Positions 9,423 to 18,872 are shown, counted from the stretch's first letter. The stretch: DNA of 64,000 bases from Eubacteriales bacterium (GCA_045577455.1 JAZNIJ010000239.1:9886-73885); one strand, 5' to 3'. Numbers and translations are program-made. The notes: generated by a model from the sequence alone, not told the origin.

Positions 9423-10676
9423 ATGGAAAACATTTTTTTTGTAGACTCTGAATTTTTGTCAGAGGGGGCACTTATAAAAAAACACAGAATAGAAAACGAC
9501 CCTTCATTCCGTAAAAATCATATGGAATATATGGAAGGAATGGAGGTTATAAAATCGGACATCTGTTCCAAGGTTATGAATCATTTTGATTCATATGATT
9601 ATTCAAGATATACCTTTTTTGATGTTGAAAAAGCGTTAGACCACGATATCTGCACAGTAGAAGATTTCAAAGCACTTCTTTCCCCTGCGGCAGAACCGTA
9701 TTTGGAACAAATGGCAGAGCGTGCAAGGGTTGAAACAAGCAAGCATTTCGGCAACACAGTTTATCTGTTTACCCCTCTCTATATCTCAAATTATTGTGAA
9801 AACTATTGTGTTTATTGCGGATTCAATTGTTATAATCACATCAGAAGAAAAAAGCTGTCTGCGGAGCAGATAGAAAGAGAAATGAAAGTCATTAGTGATA
9901 GCGGCATGGAAGAAATACTTATACTTACAGGGGAAAGCAGAAAAATAAGCGATATAGAATATATAGGTCAGGCGTGCAAATTAGCAAGAAAATATTTTCG
10001 CTTGGTCGGTCTTGAAATCTATCCCGTTAATACCGATGAATATAAATATCTCCACCAATGCGGTGCAGATTATGTAACTGTATTTCAAGAAACATATGAT
10101 ACTGATAAATATGAAAAATTACATTTACTTGGCAATAAACGGGTTTGGCCATACCGCTTTGATTCTCAAGAGAGGGCAATTATGGGCGGTATGAGAGGGG
10201 TTGGCGTTTCCGCATTGCTCGGTCTTGCAGATTTTCGCAAGGATGCCCTGGCAAGTGCGTTGCATATTTATTATTTGCAAAGAAAGTATCCTCACGCAGA
10301 GTTTTCTCTTTCTTGTCCTCGTCTCAGACCCATTGTTAACAATGACAAAATAAACCCTTTAGACGTTCACGAAAGACAACTATGCCAGGTGCTTTGCGCA
10401 TACCGTATATTTTTACCATATGTGGGTATAACGGTTTCATCTCGTGAAAGTGCAGAGTTCAGAAACGGTATAGTTAAAATAGCTGCAACAAAAATATCGG
10501 CAGGAGTTTCAACAGGAGTTGGAGACCACGAAAGCAAATATCGGGGCAAAGAATCAAGCGAACTTGAGGGAGACGGACAATTTGAAATTGACGATAGCCG
10601 TTGTCTTGATACAATGTATAAGGATATTTCGGCAGAAGGTTTGCAACCTGTTTTAAATGATTATTTGTATATGTGA
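9423..10676 (+). CDS. thiH: 2-iminoacetate synthase ThiH (radical SAM tyrosine lyase).
   Basis: Radical-SAM cluster motif CENYCVYCGF and the ThiH/HydG-family core. GAGGGAG ribosome-binding site. It carries about 40 extra N-terminal residues compared with typical ThiH. Confidence 0.8.
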   Translation: MENIFFVDSEFLSEGALIKKHRIENDPSFRKNHMEYMEGMEVIKSDICSKVMNHFDSYDYSRYTFFDVEKALDHDICTVEDFKALLSPAAEPYLEQMAERARVETSKHFGNTVYLFTPLYISNYCENYCVYCGFNCYNHIRRKKLSAEQIEREMKVISDSGMEEILILTGESRKISDIEYIGQACKLARKYFRLVGLEIYPVNTDEYKYLHQCGADYVTVFQETYDTDKYEKLHLLGNKRVWPYRFDSQERAIMGGMRGVGVSALLGLADFRKDALASALHIYYLQRKYPHAEFSLSCPRLRPIVNNDKINPLDVHERQLCQVLCAYRIFLPYVGITVSSRESAEFRNGIVKIAATKISAGVSTGVGDHESKYRGKESSELEGDGQFEIDDSRCLDTMYKDISAEGLQPVLNDYLYM

Positions 10677-10755
10677 TAGAGGAGTATGAGAGATTAAATA
10701 GTATTTTAAATGTATAGTTGAAAAGGGAAAAAGCAAAAAAATGTAAGGGGGCAAT

Positions 10756-11397
10756 GTGGGTATGAAAAAAATTGATACAAGATTATACTTTATAACCGAT
10801 AGCACAAACTATACGGAAAAAGAGTTTCTTTATAGGGTGGAAAGTGCGCTTAGTGGGGGAGTTACCCTGCTTCAGCTTCGTGAAAAAGAAAAAACAACTC
10901 GGGAATATATGGAACTTGCAGAAAGAGTCCACCGTATTGCAAGAGAGTATAATGTACCCTTGATTATTGACGACAGAGTTGATGTTGCTCTTGCTGTTGA
11001 TGCAGAGGGTGTTCATCTTGGGGCGGCTGATATGCCTGTTTTAACCGCAAGAAAAATTCTTGGAGAAAATAAAATTATCGGTGCAACAGCTAAAACTGTT
11101 CCTTGGGCAACAGAGGCATATATGCAGGGAGCAGATTATCTTGGGGTTGGCGCTATTTTACCAACAACAACTAAAGTGAAAACCATTATAACATCAACAG
11201 AAACTCTTTTGAATATCTGCAATGCTGTTCCAATTCCTGTAAATGCAATCGGTGGCTTGAATAAGGATAATATAGATGTCCTTGCAGGAATTCCAATAAA
11301 TGGTATATGTGTTGTTTCTGCTATAATGAAGGCAGAAAACCCAAAGCTCGCCGCAGAGCAACTGAAATTGAAAGCCACAGAGCTTGGGTTATATTGA
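10756..11397 (+). CDS. thiE: Thiamine-phosphate synthase ThiE. Start is GTG at 10756 or ATG at 10762.
   Basis: ..KKIDTRLYFITDS.. and the ThiE/TMP-PPase fold motifs (VTLLQLREKE, IIDDRVDVALAVDAEGVHLG, GVGAILPTTTK). AAGGGGG precedes the GTG. Confidence 0.8.
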   Translation: MGMKKIDTRLYFITDSTNYTEKEFLYRVESALSGGVTLLQLREKEKTTREYMELAERVHRIAREYNVPLIIDDRVDVALAVDAEGVHLGAADMPVLTARKILGENKIIGATAKTVPWATEAYMQGADYLGVGAILPTTTKVKTIITSTETLLNICNAVPIPVNAIGGLNKDNIDVLAGIPINGICVVSAIMKAENPKLAAEQLKLKATELGLY

Positions 11398-11549
11398 TGT
11401 TGATATTGATATTTGAAATTTTCAAGTGGAAGTTTTGTAGAGAGCATAATTATTTTTCAAATTTATTTTGGAAAATTAAAACGAGAATATTAGAAGAATA
11501 GTAAGTCAAAAGTGAAAGTTAATATTGCAGAAAGGATGGTTATGTAAAG

Positions 11550-12356
11550 ATGAAAACTGTGTTATCAATAGCAGGCAGTGATTGTAGCGGTGGAGCAGGG
11601 ATTCAGGCAGACTTGAAAACAATAACAACAAACGGAGCATATGGAATGAGTGTTATAACTGCTCTTACAGCTCAGAATACTTTGGGAGTCAGAGCAATTG
11701 AAGAAGTATCTCCCGATTTCCTAAAACTTCAGTTGGATGCAGTTTTTGAAGATATTTATCCCGATGCTGTGAAAATTGGTATGGTATCATCAATTGACCT
11801 TATTTGCGTTATTGCTGAACGATTGAATTTTTATAAAGCAAAGAATATCGTTGTTGACCCTGTTATGGTTGCAACAAGTGGTGATAATCTTTTGAAAAAC
11901 GATGCAGTTACAGCTTTAACTACCTTGCTTTTTCCTATAGCTACTCTTGTAACTCCAAATATCCCCGAAGCAATGGTTCTTTCGGGAATGAACATTCAAA
12001 CAGAAAACGACATGAAAAGAGCCGCAAAGACAATTGGAAATACTTATCACTGTTCAGTTTTGCTTAAGGGCGGTCATAGCGTTAACGATGCAAATGATTT
12101 GCTTTATGAAAATGGTAAGTTTTATTGGTTTAATGGAAAAAGAATCAATAACCCAAATACACATGGAACAGGATGCACCCTTTCAAGTGCCATTGCTTCA
12201 AATCTTGCAAAGGGTTATACCATTTCAGAGTCAGTGAAAATGGCGAAAGAATATCTTTCAAATGCTCTTGCAGCAATGTTGGATTTGGGAAAAGGGAGAG
12301 GACCAATACAGCATAATTTTAAACTTAATACTAAATATGCCTATAAAAAACGGTGA
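11550..12356 (+). CDS. thiD: Hydroxymethylpyrimidine/phosphomethylpyrimidine kinase ThiD.
   Basis: [24 protein letters not shown].. ribokinase-like ThiD signature. 268 aa. Confidence 0.85.
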   Translation: MKTVLSIAGSDCSGGAGIQADLKTITTNGAYGMSVITALTAQNTLGVRAIEEVSPDFLKLQLDAVFEDIYPDAVKIGMVSSIDLICVIAERLNFYKAKNIVVDPVMVATSGDNLLKNDAVTALTTLLFPIATLVTPNIPEAMVLSGMNIQTENDMKRAAKTIGNTYHCSVLLKGGHSVNDANDLLYENGKFYWFNGKRINNPNTHGTGCTLSSAIASNLAKGYTISESVKMAKEYLSNALAAMLDLGKGRGPIQHNFKLNTKYAYKKR

Positions 12357-12369
12357 AAGGAATGATAAT

Positions 12370-12736
12370 ATGAGAAATTATACAACTCAAATGGATGCGG
12401 CAAAGCGTGGTATACTTACCCCTGAAATGAAAGTGGTTGCTTCTAAGGAATACAGAACCGAGGAAGAAATCAGAGAGCTTGTTGCAAAGGGACAAGTTGT
12501 AATTTGTGCTAACAAAAATCCCTCATGCAAGAGATATTGATGATTCTATGGGAGAGGCGAGAAGAAACCTGGATTGGGAAGGGCAGTGGAGATGTGCTCT
12601 TGACCCCGAATATGCTAAGAAAATACGAGAAGAAAGAAAGCCGGAATATGACGATACTTGCTCAATGTGTGGGAAGTTTTGCGCTGTAAGAAGTATGAAT
12701 AAAGCATTGAATAATGAGCTTGTTGATATACTATGA
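12370..12736 (+). pseudogene. thiC: thiC (phosphomethylpyrimidine synthase) remnant: N- and C-terminal fragments joined with a frameshift, with the central roughly 300 codons missing.
   Basis: Frame 1 (12370-12540) reads [52 protein letters not shown], the ThiC N-terminus. Frame 2 (12506-12736) reads ..ARRNLDWEGQWRCALDPEYAKKIREERKPEYDDTCSMCGKFCAVRSMNKAL.., the ThiC C-terminus with its CxxC-x-FC motif. The locus is about 370 bp; intact thiC is about 1.3 kb. Confidence 0.7.
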
Positions 12737-12832
12737 TATGCGTTTTTAGAGATTTTTGATGTAATATTCTCTGATTGATATTTTAAATGAAGGTTTTTAG
12801 CTTGATTTGAAAAAGTAAATAATTAAAAATCT

Positions 12833-12876
12833 GCTGTAGCAAATACAAATCCAAATTGTGTTTGCTACAGCAGATT
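12833..12876. terminator. Bidirectional hairpin between the convergent thiC remnant (+) and the 12889-13959 gene (-).
   Basis: The inverted repeat CTGCTGTAGCAAA ...17 nt... TTTGCTACAGCAG is a perfect 13-bp stem. Confidence 0.45.
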
Positions 12877-12888
12877 AAAATATATCTG

Positions 12889-13959
12889 TTATTCAAGGGA
12901 AATGCCCATTTGAGCACCGATTTCTTTTCTCTCTTGGCTGAATTTTGGGTTTCGCAAATCACTGTTTGCAATGTAATAAGAATATTTTTCCCAATAGGGA
13001 GAATTGGAATTGGCTTTTATACAATCCAAAAGAACATCTTTACGAAAATTGAGAGAAAATGAAACTGCATTATTTGTAAATCCGCGGTATAAAAGCACAC
13101 CGTCTTCAAGTTTTTTAAAGGTTTTTCCATGTTGAAAACAAATTGCCTGTTCGTTTCCATGTATGCTTTTGCCATACATAATGGGGTAATCTTCGTTTTC
13201 TGTTATGGGCAAATTGCCTATTATTTCATACTCACCGTAAAACAAAGGATTGTCCATTATTACTGTTGAAGGTAATGACTTTAAGTTTTTCAACTCCTCA
13301 AGTGTAACATCTTCTCTTGTTGTTGCGATGTGGTATACGCTACAAACTAACGGCTTTGACATAAGTATGTCCCAAAACGGTTCTTTACGCTTTCTCATTT
13401 TATCAAAATCAAGAATAATTCGTCCATATCCGTAAAGACGCCTGTCTATTTTGAATCTAAAAACATCACCTTCGTTAAATTTAATGCGCTTGCGACAGAG
13501 CTTTGAAAAGCATTCAATATCTGCGATGTCTTTTTCGTCAGTATCAAGACACCAATTGTTGACCCATTCTTCAAAATTATTAACATCACCCAAATAAGCG
13601 TTTGTAAAATAGTCGCACTCTGCCGAACAATTATATAGAGAAACATCTTTGCGGTAATATCTTAAACACATACCTAAAGCTGGTCTTTTCAAAAGGTTGC
13701 TTGACGAAAGAAGCACGGGCTTTCCTTTTGATGTTTTGGGAAGTAAATATTTGCCGTCATCGGAAATTTTTTCGCAAAGCTCGAATTCGCAATACTCCAC
13801 ATCACTTGTTGTCACGCATTTTTTTATAACATTGTCTTCGCAATATGCGTATGTTTCAAATGTGTCATATGGACTTGGTTTTATCTTGATGCATTCCCAA
13901 TTCTGAATAACTGGTTTTAATGCAAAACATCTGCGTTGTTCGTTTGTAAGCTCAAACAT
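12889..13959 (-). CDS. Hypothetical cytoplasmic Cys-rich protein. No family recognised.
   Basis: 356-aa ORF. The N-terminal half has many paired cysteines (CEDNVIKKC, EYCEFELCEK, CSAECDYF, ECFSKLCRK). There is no TM segment and no signal peptide. Confidence 0.5.
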   Translation of the reverse strand: MFELTNEQRRCFALKPVIQNWECIKIKPSPYDTFETYAYCEDNVIKKCVTTSDVEYCEFELCEKISDDGKYLLPKTSKGKPVLLSSSNLLKRPALGMCLRYYRKDVSLYNCSAECDYFTNAYLGDVNNFEEWVNNWCLDTDEKDIADIECFSKLCRKRIKFNEGDVFRFKIDRRLYGYGRIILDFDKMRKRKEPFWDILMSKPLVCSVYHIATTREDVTLEELKNLKSLPSTVIMDNPLFYGEYEIIGNLPITENEDYPIMYGKSIHGNEQAICFQHGKTFKKLEDGVLLYRGFTNNAVSFSLNFRKDVLLDCIKANSNSPYWEKYSYYIANSDLRNPKFSQERKEIGAQMGISLE

Positions 13960-13987
13960 ATAAAATTACCCTCATTCATTTTTGAAA

Positions 13988-14233
13988 TTATTTCTTTTCA
14001 AGTTCTTTTATACGGTCTTCCAAAGCTTTAACTCTTTTTTCAAGAAGTGATATCATTTCGATGAATAATAAAACAAAAAACGATAAAATAAATGCAACAC
14101 CAATTTCAATAAAAATAGGGTCGCCACTTTCAAATAGCTTCCAGCCACCAACAAATACAAATAAATATATCATAATAAAGCAAAAAAGAAATATTATTGC
14201 CCATCTTAAAAGTAATTTTAGTTTGTCTTTCAT
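13988..14233 (-). CDS. Small two-TM membrane protein with a C-terminal coiled-coil tail.
   Basis: 81 aa. Two hydrophobic helices, then LEKRVKALEDRIKELEKK. Whether it is a real gene is unproven. Confidence 0.35.
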   Translation of the reverse strand: MKDKLKLLLRWAIIFLFCFIMIYLFVFVGGWKLFESGDPIFIEIGVAFILSFFVLLFIEMISLLEKRVKALEDRIKELEKK

Positions 14234-14316
14234 GAGCTTACCTCTTTCTGTAGAAAAGATTTGTGTAAGGTGATGTTATTGTCTAAAGGCGCAAAACTCT
14301 GTTATGTGTTGAGAGA

Positions 14317-14772
14317 TTAAAGTAAAGATTTGTTATCATTAATATATTTTATGATATTCTTTAACCCGTAATCAAACGATAAAAATGTTTTATCTTTATT
14401 TTTTATTTCGGCAATATAATAAAATGTTGAATCCATATAAATCCAAGTTGAGCATTTTACGGTAATTTTATCACCTTTGAGTATTTCTTCGTTTGCAAGA
14501 ACTTCCTTGATAACATTGCAATTATCACCCACTAACTCCAATTCGATTTCATCACTATTTTTCTCGTAAGAGTCAAAAGCTGTTTTATCATTTACGGAAA
14601 CATATAGATAAATTCTGTCTTTATCTTCTCTATATGAACATAAAATTGCATCTATATCATAATAATTATCTTTATTGCTAAGATGCTTTCGCATAATTCC
14701 ATTATAGCCGGAACAAGCAGATATGCTTAATGATAGGATAATTGTAAGCAAAAGAGATAAAAACCTTTTCAT
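14317..14772 (-). CDS. Lipoprotein of unknown function.
   Basis: Start chosen at MKRFLSLLLTIILSLSISACSG, which gives a lipobox. The product is about 150 aa. Confidence 0.5.
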   Translation of the reverse strand: MKRFLSLLLTIILSLSISACSGYNGIMRKHLSNKDNYYDIDAILCSYREDKDRIYLYVSVNDKTAFDSYEKNSDEIELELVGDNCNVIKEVLANEEILKGDKITVKCSTWIYMDSTFYYIAEIKNKDKTFLSFDYGLKNIIKYINDNKSLL

Positions 14773-14892
14773 ATTATTCTCCCTTGAAATCGAGAAAGTG
14801 ACCATTCGCTTCCGACAATCTTTTTGTCTTGTGCTTTGTTGAAAAATCGTCTTAATAAGATGTGATGCATTTGCCGAAGGCAAACATCATTC

Positions 14893-14930
14893 AAAAGAGC
14901 ACTTTTGTCTGATGACTAAAGTGCTCTTTT
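14893..14930 (-). terminator. Hairpin directly downstream of the tRNA-Val 3' end.
   Basis: AAAAGAGCACTTT ...12 nt... AAAGTGCTCTTTT, a perfect 13-bp inverted repeat with flanking A/T runs. Confidence 0.5.
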
Positions 14931-14932
14931 GT

Positions 14933-15008
14933 TGGTGGGGACTACAGGGCTCGAACCTGTGACCTCCTGCTTGTAAGGCAGATGCTCTCCCAGCTGAGCT
15001 AAACCCCC
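14933..15008 (-). tRNA. tRNA-Val (anticodon TAC), with encoded CCA.
   Basis: The reverse complement is GGGGGTTTAGCTCAGCTGGGAGAGCATCTGCCTTACAAGCAGGAGGTCACAGGTTCGAGCCCTGTAGTCCCCACCA. It shows a 7-bp acceptor stem, D- and T-arms, and the anticodon loop CTTACAA. Confidence 0.9.
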
Positions 15009-15060
15009 ATATTTACTTTTTTGTTTCCTGCCTTGTTGCCTCGGCCAGTCAACGAATGGG

Positions 15061-15089
15061 ATTATATCACATAACTTTCCATTTGTCAA
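15061..15089 (-). promoter_or_regulatory. Sigma-A promoter (TTGACA-17-TATAAT, minus strand) driving the tRNA-Val.
   Basis: The minus strand reads TTGACAaatggaaagttatgtgaTATAAT, about 55 nt upstream of the mature tRNA 5' end. Confidence 0.5.
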
Positions 15090-15120
15090 TACCTTTTTTG
15101 AAATTTTTTGAAAAAACTGA

Positions 15121-15375
15121 AAAAAAGTAAATTCTCAAAGTAAATGAAACAGTGGAATTTAGAAATGGAATTTACGAAAATAAAAAAATAATCCCCAAAG
15201 TAAATTCTACCAGATAATTATCAAAGTAAATGAAACAGTGAACAACAGCAAAATTTGAAGGTGAATTTAACGGTGAAATTTAAAGTTGCACTTGCATTAA
15301 GAATTTGCTAAAAAAATAAAATTATAACTATAACTTCTCGGTTAAAAAAATTCGGTTAAAAATAAAACCTGAAAA
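15121..15375. repeat. Non-coding region with direct repeats: a 20-bp exact repeat TCAAAGTAAATGAAACAGTG at 15135-15154 and 15221-15240, AAAGTAAAT-containing elements at 15124, 15136, 15196 and 15222, and AACTTCTCGGTT twice.
   Basis: Seen directly in the sequence. It has no ORF and lies between the PHP phosphatase stop and the tRNA promoter. Confidence 0.5.
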
Positions 15376-16197
15376 TCAAAATTCTAACTTCTCGGTTTGA
15401 ATTTTTCTGTCTCTGAAGAAGCAATACTCCACAAAACCAATTTCATTCAAATGGGGAATAACCTCTTTGAATCCTTTTGCAACACATTCGGGAGTGTGTG
15501 CGTCGCTACCAAGAGTTATTAGCTTTCCACCCATTTTTTTGTAAAGAAATAATGTTTCCAAATCGGGCATGGTGGAGTTGAGGAGAGTACCGATTCCCGA
15601 TGTATTAACTTCAAGAGAAATATTTCTTTCCATGATAACGCAGAAAATTTCTTTGATAATATTTTCATATGGTTTTATGCTTATGTTTCTTCCAAATTTT
15701 CCGTTTATATATCTGAATGGGCAATTAAGATGAGTTAAAATATCGAAATCCGTTTTTGTTGCCATTTCGTAAACTCGGTTGAAATATTCTCTCAAAAATC
15801 CGTCAATAGTTGCATTGCTCACATCGTTTCCAAAATTTATCCTTGAATAACTATCGTTCATATCACCGTATTTAATGCTGTGAACAGACCCTAATATAAC
15901 ATCAAAATTATGTAAGCCCAAAACAAGATTGCCTTTTTCGGGTGATGATAAATATTCTGCCAATTCAATACCAATAAAAACTTCTAAATCGTTTTTATAT
16001 CTGTCTTTTGCATATTTTGCATCAAAAATTGATTTTCCTATAGTTTTTAAATAGTCTCTTTCATCGTAAAACCATATATCTGCATGGTCTGTAATTGCAA
16101 TACCCTTTAATCCCATATTTATTGCAGAACAACAAAGAGAGTCTATAGTTTGCTTGCTGTCTTCGGAATTATTTGTGTGAGAATGAAAATCAAACAT
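15376..16197 (-). CDS. PHP-family phosphoesterase (histidinol-phosphatase HisK/HisJ-like).
   Basis: MFDFHSHTNNSED.. gives the PHP-domain N-terminal His motif, with HxH and D/H metal ligands later (ITDHADIW, GSVHS, LGSDAHTP). Confidence 0.7.
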   Translation of the reverse strand: MFDFHSHTNNSEDSKQTIDSLCCSAINMGLKGIAITDHADIWFYDERDYLKTIGKSIFDAKYAKDRYKNDLEVFIGIELAEYLSSPEKGNLVLGLHNFDVILGSVHSIKYGDMNDSYSRINFGNDVSNATIDGFLREYFNRVYEMATKTDFDILTHLNCPFRYINGKFGRNISIKPYENIIKEIFCVIMERNISLEVNTSGIGTLLNSTMPDLETLFLYKKMGGKLITLGSDAHTPECVAKGFKEVIPHLNEIGFVEYCFFRDRKIQTEKLEF

Positions 16198-16289
16198 AAA
16201 ATCACCTTTAAGTATTATAAATCAGGGATTGCTCCGTCAAACTTGTTGAAGCAATCCCTGATGATTATGTATTATTGTTAAAACTGTAA

Positions 16290-18872
16290 CTAATCAACAA
16301 TATCTTTTTCTTCGTTCCACTTGTATATAAACAGAATGATACCACCGAGAATTGCAATTCCGATAATTATAAGGGTTACTGTAAGCGGACTTACACCGTC
16401 CGAATCTTTAGCAAGTCCTTCATCATTATATGAAACATTTTCAGAAAAAACAAATGTGATAACGATATCGGTATTGTTTGTCAGGTTACCAAGGGGGATG
16501 GTGAATCCATCTTTTCTTCCGTAATACTCATTGTATGAAGCAGTTCCATTTATTGTGATTTTACCAACCATATATCCGCTGCCAGGAGTGATTTGCAAGT
16601 GAACAGGGGAGTTAATGGAAATATATGATTCACCTCGTGGAGAAGCAGAACCATTACCCTCCACCTGAACATTCAAGCGGTATTGAGAAGCAGCGGAAAC
16701 CGTAAGAATAATATATTTATTTCCATTATATGGAAATGAAACTCTACCGTTTTCATCAACAGTAGTTATTCTGCTGTATATTGGCTCATCCATACCTTCG
16801 TTCAGCTGGTCTGCGATAGGTGTGAATTTGCCCGTTGCGGGGTCGAAGGACAAATAATCAAGGTGCTTTGATATGAAGTTTGACCCGGCATATACGGATA
16901 AATATGTATCAATTGGAAGTGTGCTGCCCTTTGTTTCAATTATTATATGTTCAAGAGATTGAATATTTTTTGAAGCGAGTTTTTCTTCCAGCTTTGAAAG
17001 AATTTGCATTTTTATTTCTTCTGATATTTCTTCATTTATAAGGGCTTTGAAATCTACATCTTCTGAAGGGAAAATGCAATTTGCAGGTATTGTCCACGAA
17101 TAGCTGTTTGATTGAATAACAAGGGGTTTTGAAGGTGCTTTGTTTTTTATTTCTTCAAACTGTTCTTTAGTAACAATTGTGCTTGATGTAATATCAATTA
17201 TTGTTTCAAAAGTACCCCAGATTATATTATCAGAAGGAGAGTCAGAAGAAGTGTTTTTAAAATGTATTTCAAGGTTTGTGTCTTCAAGAAGGTTTTCAAG
17301 AGTATACTGATTGCCTGAAACAATAATTCTTTCTTCTTTAACAACAATGTAATCAAGAATATATCCGTCATCGGGAATGAATGTGAATGTGATACTACCA
17401 CCGAAAGAAGTCATATATTCTGATGTGGAAGAAATGGGAGGGTCGGAAGTGATTGAGCCACCTTTGCCGAGCGTAACATTCACTTTAACAAAATCGCCTG
17501 TTGAAGAAGAATCTTCAATGAATTCGGCAGAAATATTGTATGCTTGAGAAACATTTGAAATCGTGTATGTGTTTTCAGCAGAAAGCGAAATCGGGATTTT
17601 ATTGATTTTAACTTCTTTTATGGTGTATCCCATATCAGGTGTGAACTTCAGGGTTATGCTTCCGCCTTTTCTAACTTCTGTTTGCAAATTCTGAAAAATA
17701 TATCCATCAGCAGTTATTGTTCCACCGATTCCATTAAAAACATTTGTTCTAATTACATATTTCTCAACTATTGCATCGAACACAACATTTATTTTCAATT
17801 CACCGAGAGCAATAATTTCATCAGTGATGGCAATTCTTAGCTTTCCGTTTTCAACCGAAGACTGTATTTCATTAACAGTCAGAGAAACTATTTCATACCC
17901 TTCGTCGGGTGTTATATCAAGAGAGAGTATAGTTCCTGCATATGCTCTTAAGGCTTTTGAAACATTTCCTTTTCCTGAAACCTTTATTGAAACGGGAATT
18001 GACACCATTTCAACGAATTCAACTTCAACGCTTATGTTGGTTGTAACATTCTTAACAGAAAAAACACCGTTTGATGACCATTCTGTAGGATTGCCGTCGA
18101 TTTTAATGCTACTGATACCATATCCTTCTCCGGGAATCGCCTGAAAAGATGCGTCAGACCCGCTTGTTATATATGAAAGCCCTTCTTCGTCAAATGGAAG
18201 CACATTTCCGTTACCGCTTTGGGTGAGGGTTATTGTATGGGTTTCAACAGGAGTAAAAACAGCATATATATTATAAGTCGTTTCTCTTTCAGCTTTGAAA
18301 GAACTACGATAAACGCTACCGTCTTTTTTCATATCAATAACAACATCGTTTACATATATTCCCGAACAAATATAACCAAAATCGGGAGTTGCGGTTATGT
18401 CAAAAATATTACCACTACCAATATATGATGTGCCGTCGGGTGTAACTTTTCCACCTTGGGTCTGGTTAACTTGGAAAGTAACTTTTCCTCTGAAAACCGG
18501 CTTTACTGTCACAACTTCGCCAACTTTAATATCAACAGAAAAGGTGTTTCCTTCTATTGGCTTGAAAACACCGTTGATTTCAACGCCGTGGATTTTGTAA
18601 CCGTTATTAGGGGTGATAGTGAGTGTTTCTGTATGCTCAGACTCGAATTTATGCATGCCGACTTTAAGAGAAAGATATCCTTCTCCGCAAGTCAGGATGC
18701 TAAGAACTGCGTATTGAGTTAAATCCTCAGATGATTCTTCGGATACTTCTTCGGCAGAGCTTTCATCATAATTGTTGCTTGATTCGTCTTCGGATTCTGC
18801 AATAACTGTCAATGTCATCGAAGGAAAAACAAGTAATAGGGAAAGTAATACGCATAAAATTTTTTTGGCCAT
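16290..18872 (-). CDS. Large membrane-anchored cell-surface protein built of tandem InlB-B-repeat-like (divergent bacterial Ig-like) domains.
   Basis: Signal peptide MAKKILCVLLSLLLVFPSMTLTVIAESE. At least six domains of about 80 aa, each with G-x-G-x-V...(T/I)P(D/G)xGY.(I/V) (TPDFGY, IPGEGY, TPDEGY, TPDMGY, IPDDGY, TPGSGY). C-terminal TM helix LTVTLIIIGIAILGGIILFIY followed by a charged tail. No LPxTG. Confidence 0.75.
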   Translation of the reverse strand: MAKKILCVLLSLLLVFPSMTLTVIAESEDESSNNYDESSAEEVSEESSEDLTQYAVLSILTCGEGYLSLKVGMHKFESEHTETLTITPNNGYKIHGVEINGVFKPIEGNTFSVDIKVGEVVTVKPVFRGKVTFQVNQTQGGKVTPDGTSYIGSGNIFDITATPDFGYICSGIYVNDVVIDMKKDGSVYRSSFKAERETTYNIYAVFTPVETHTITLTQSGNGNVLPFDEEGLSYITSGSDASFQAIPGEGYGISSIKIDGNPTEWSSNGVFSVKNVTTNISVEVEFVEMVSIPVSIKVSGKGNVSKALRAYAGTILSLDITPDEGYEIVSLTVNEIQSSVENGKLRIAITDEIIALGELKINVVFDAIVEKYVIRTNVFNGIGGTITADGYIFQNLQTEVRKGGSITLKFTPDMGYTIKEVKINKIPISLSAENTYTISNVSQAYNISAEFIEDSSSTGDFVKVNVTLGKGGSITSDPPISSTSEYMTSFGGSITFTFIPDDGYILDYIVVKEERIIVSGNQYTLENLLEDTNLEIHFKNTSSDSPSDNIIWGTFETIIDITSSTIVTKEQFEEIKNKAPSKPLVIQSNSYSWTIPANCIFPSEDVDFKALINEEISEEIKMQILSKLEEKLASKNIQSLEHIIIETKGSTLPIDTYLSVYAGSNFISKHLDYLSFDPATGKFTPIADQLNEGMDEPIYSRITTVDENGRVSFPYNGNKYIILTVSAASQYRLNVQVEGNGSASPRGESYISINSPVHLQITPGSGYMVGKITINGTASYNEYYGRKDGFTIPLGNLTNNTDIVITFVFSENVSYNDEGLAKDSDGVSPLTVTLIIIGIAILGGIILFIYKWNEEKDIVD

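Noticed and set aside
9423-9560. Whether the ThiH N-terminal extension of about 40 aa is a separate small gene or a mis-called start.
   Set aside because: The ATG at 9423 has the best ribosome-binding site (GAGGGAG) and abuts the thiG stop. Internal Met codons have weaker sites. This is left as a note rather than a feature.
12262-12540. An ORF in the track that starts inside the 3' end of thiD and reads through the thiC N-terminal fragment.
   Set aside because: The in-frame Met that gives [14 protein letters not shown]... at 12370 matches the ThiC N-terminus. The upstream part overlaps thiD in another frame and has no homology. The locus is better explained as a thiC remnant.
14885-15110. 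A prophage or integrative element at tRNA-Val.
   Set aside because: No integrase, recombinase, phage structural or transposase gene occurs anywhere in the window. No duplicated tRNA 3'-end direct repeat was found by eye. Only an 'islet of unknown genes' observation is retained.
15121-15375. A CRISPR array suggested by the repeated 20-mer.
   Set aside because: There are only two exact copies, with irregular spacing and no repeat-spacer periodicity, and no cas genes in the window.
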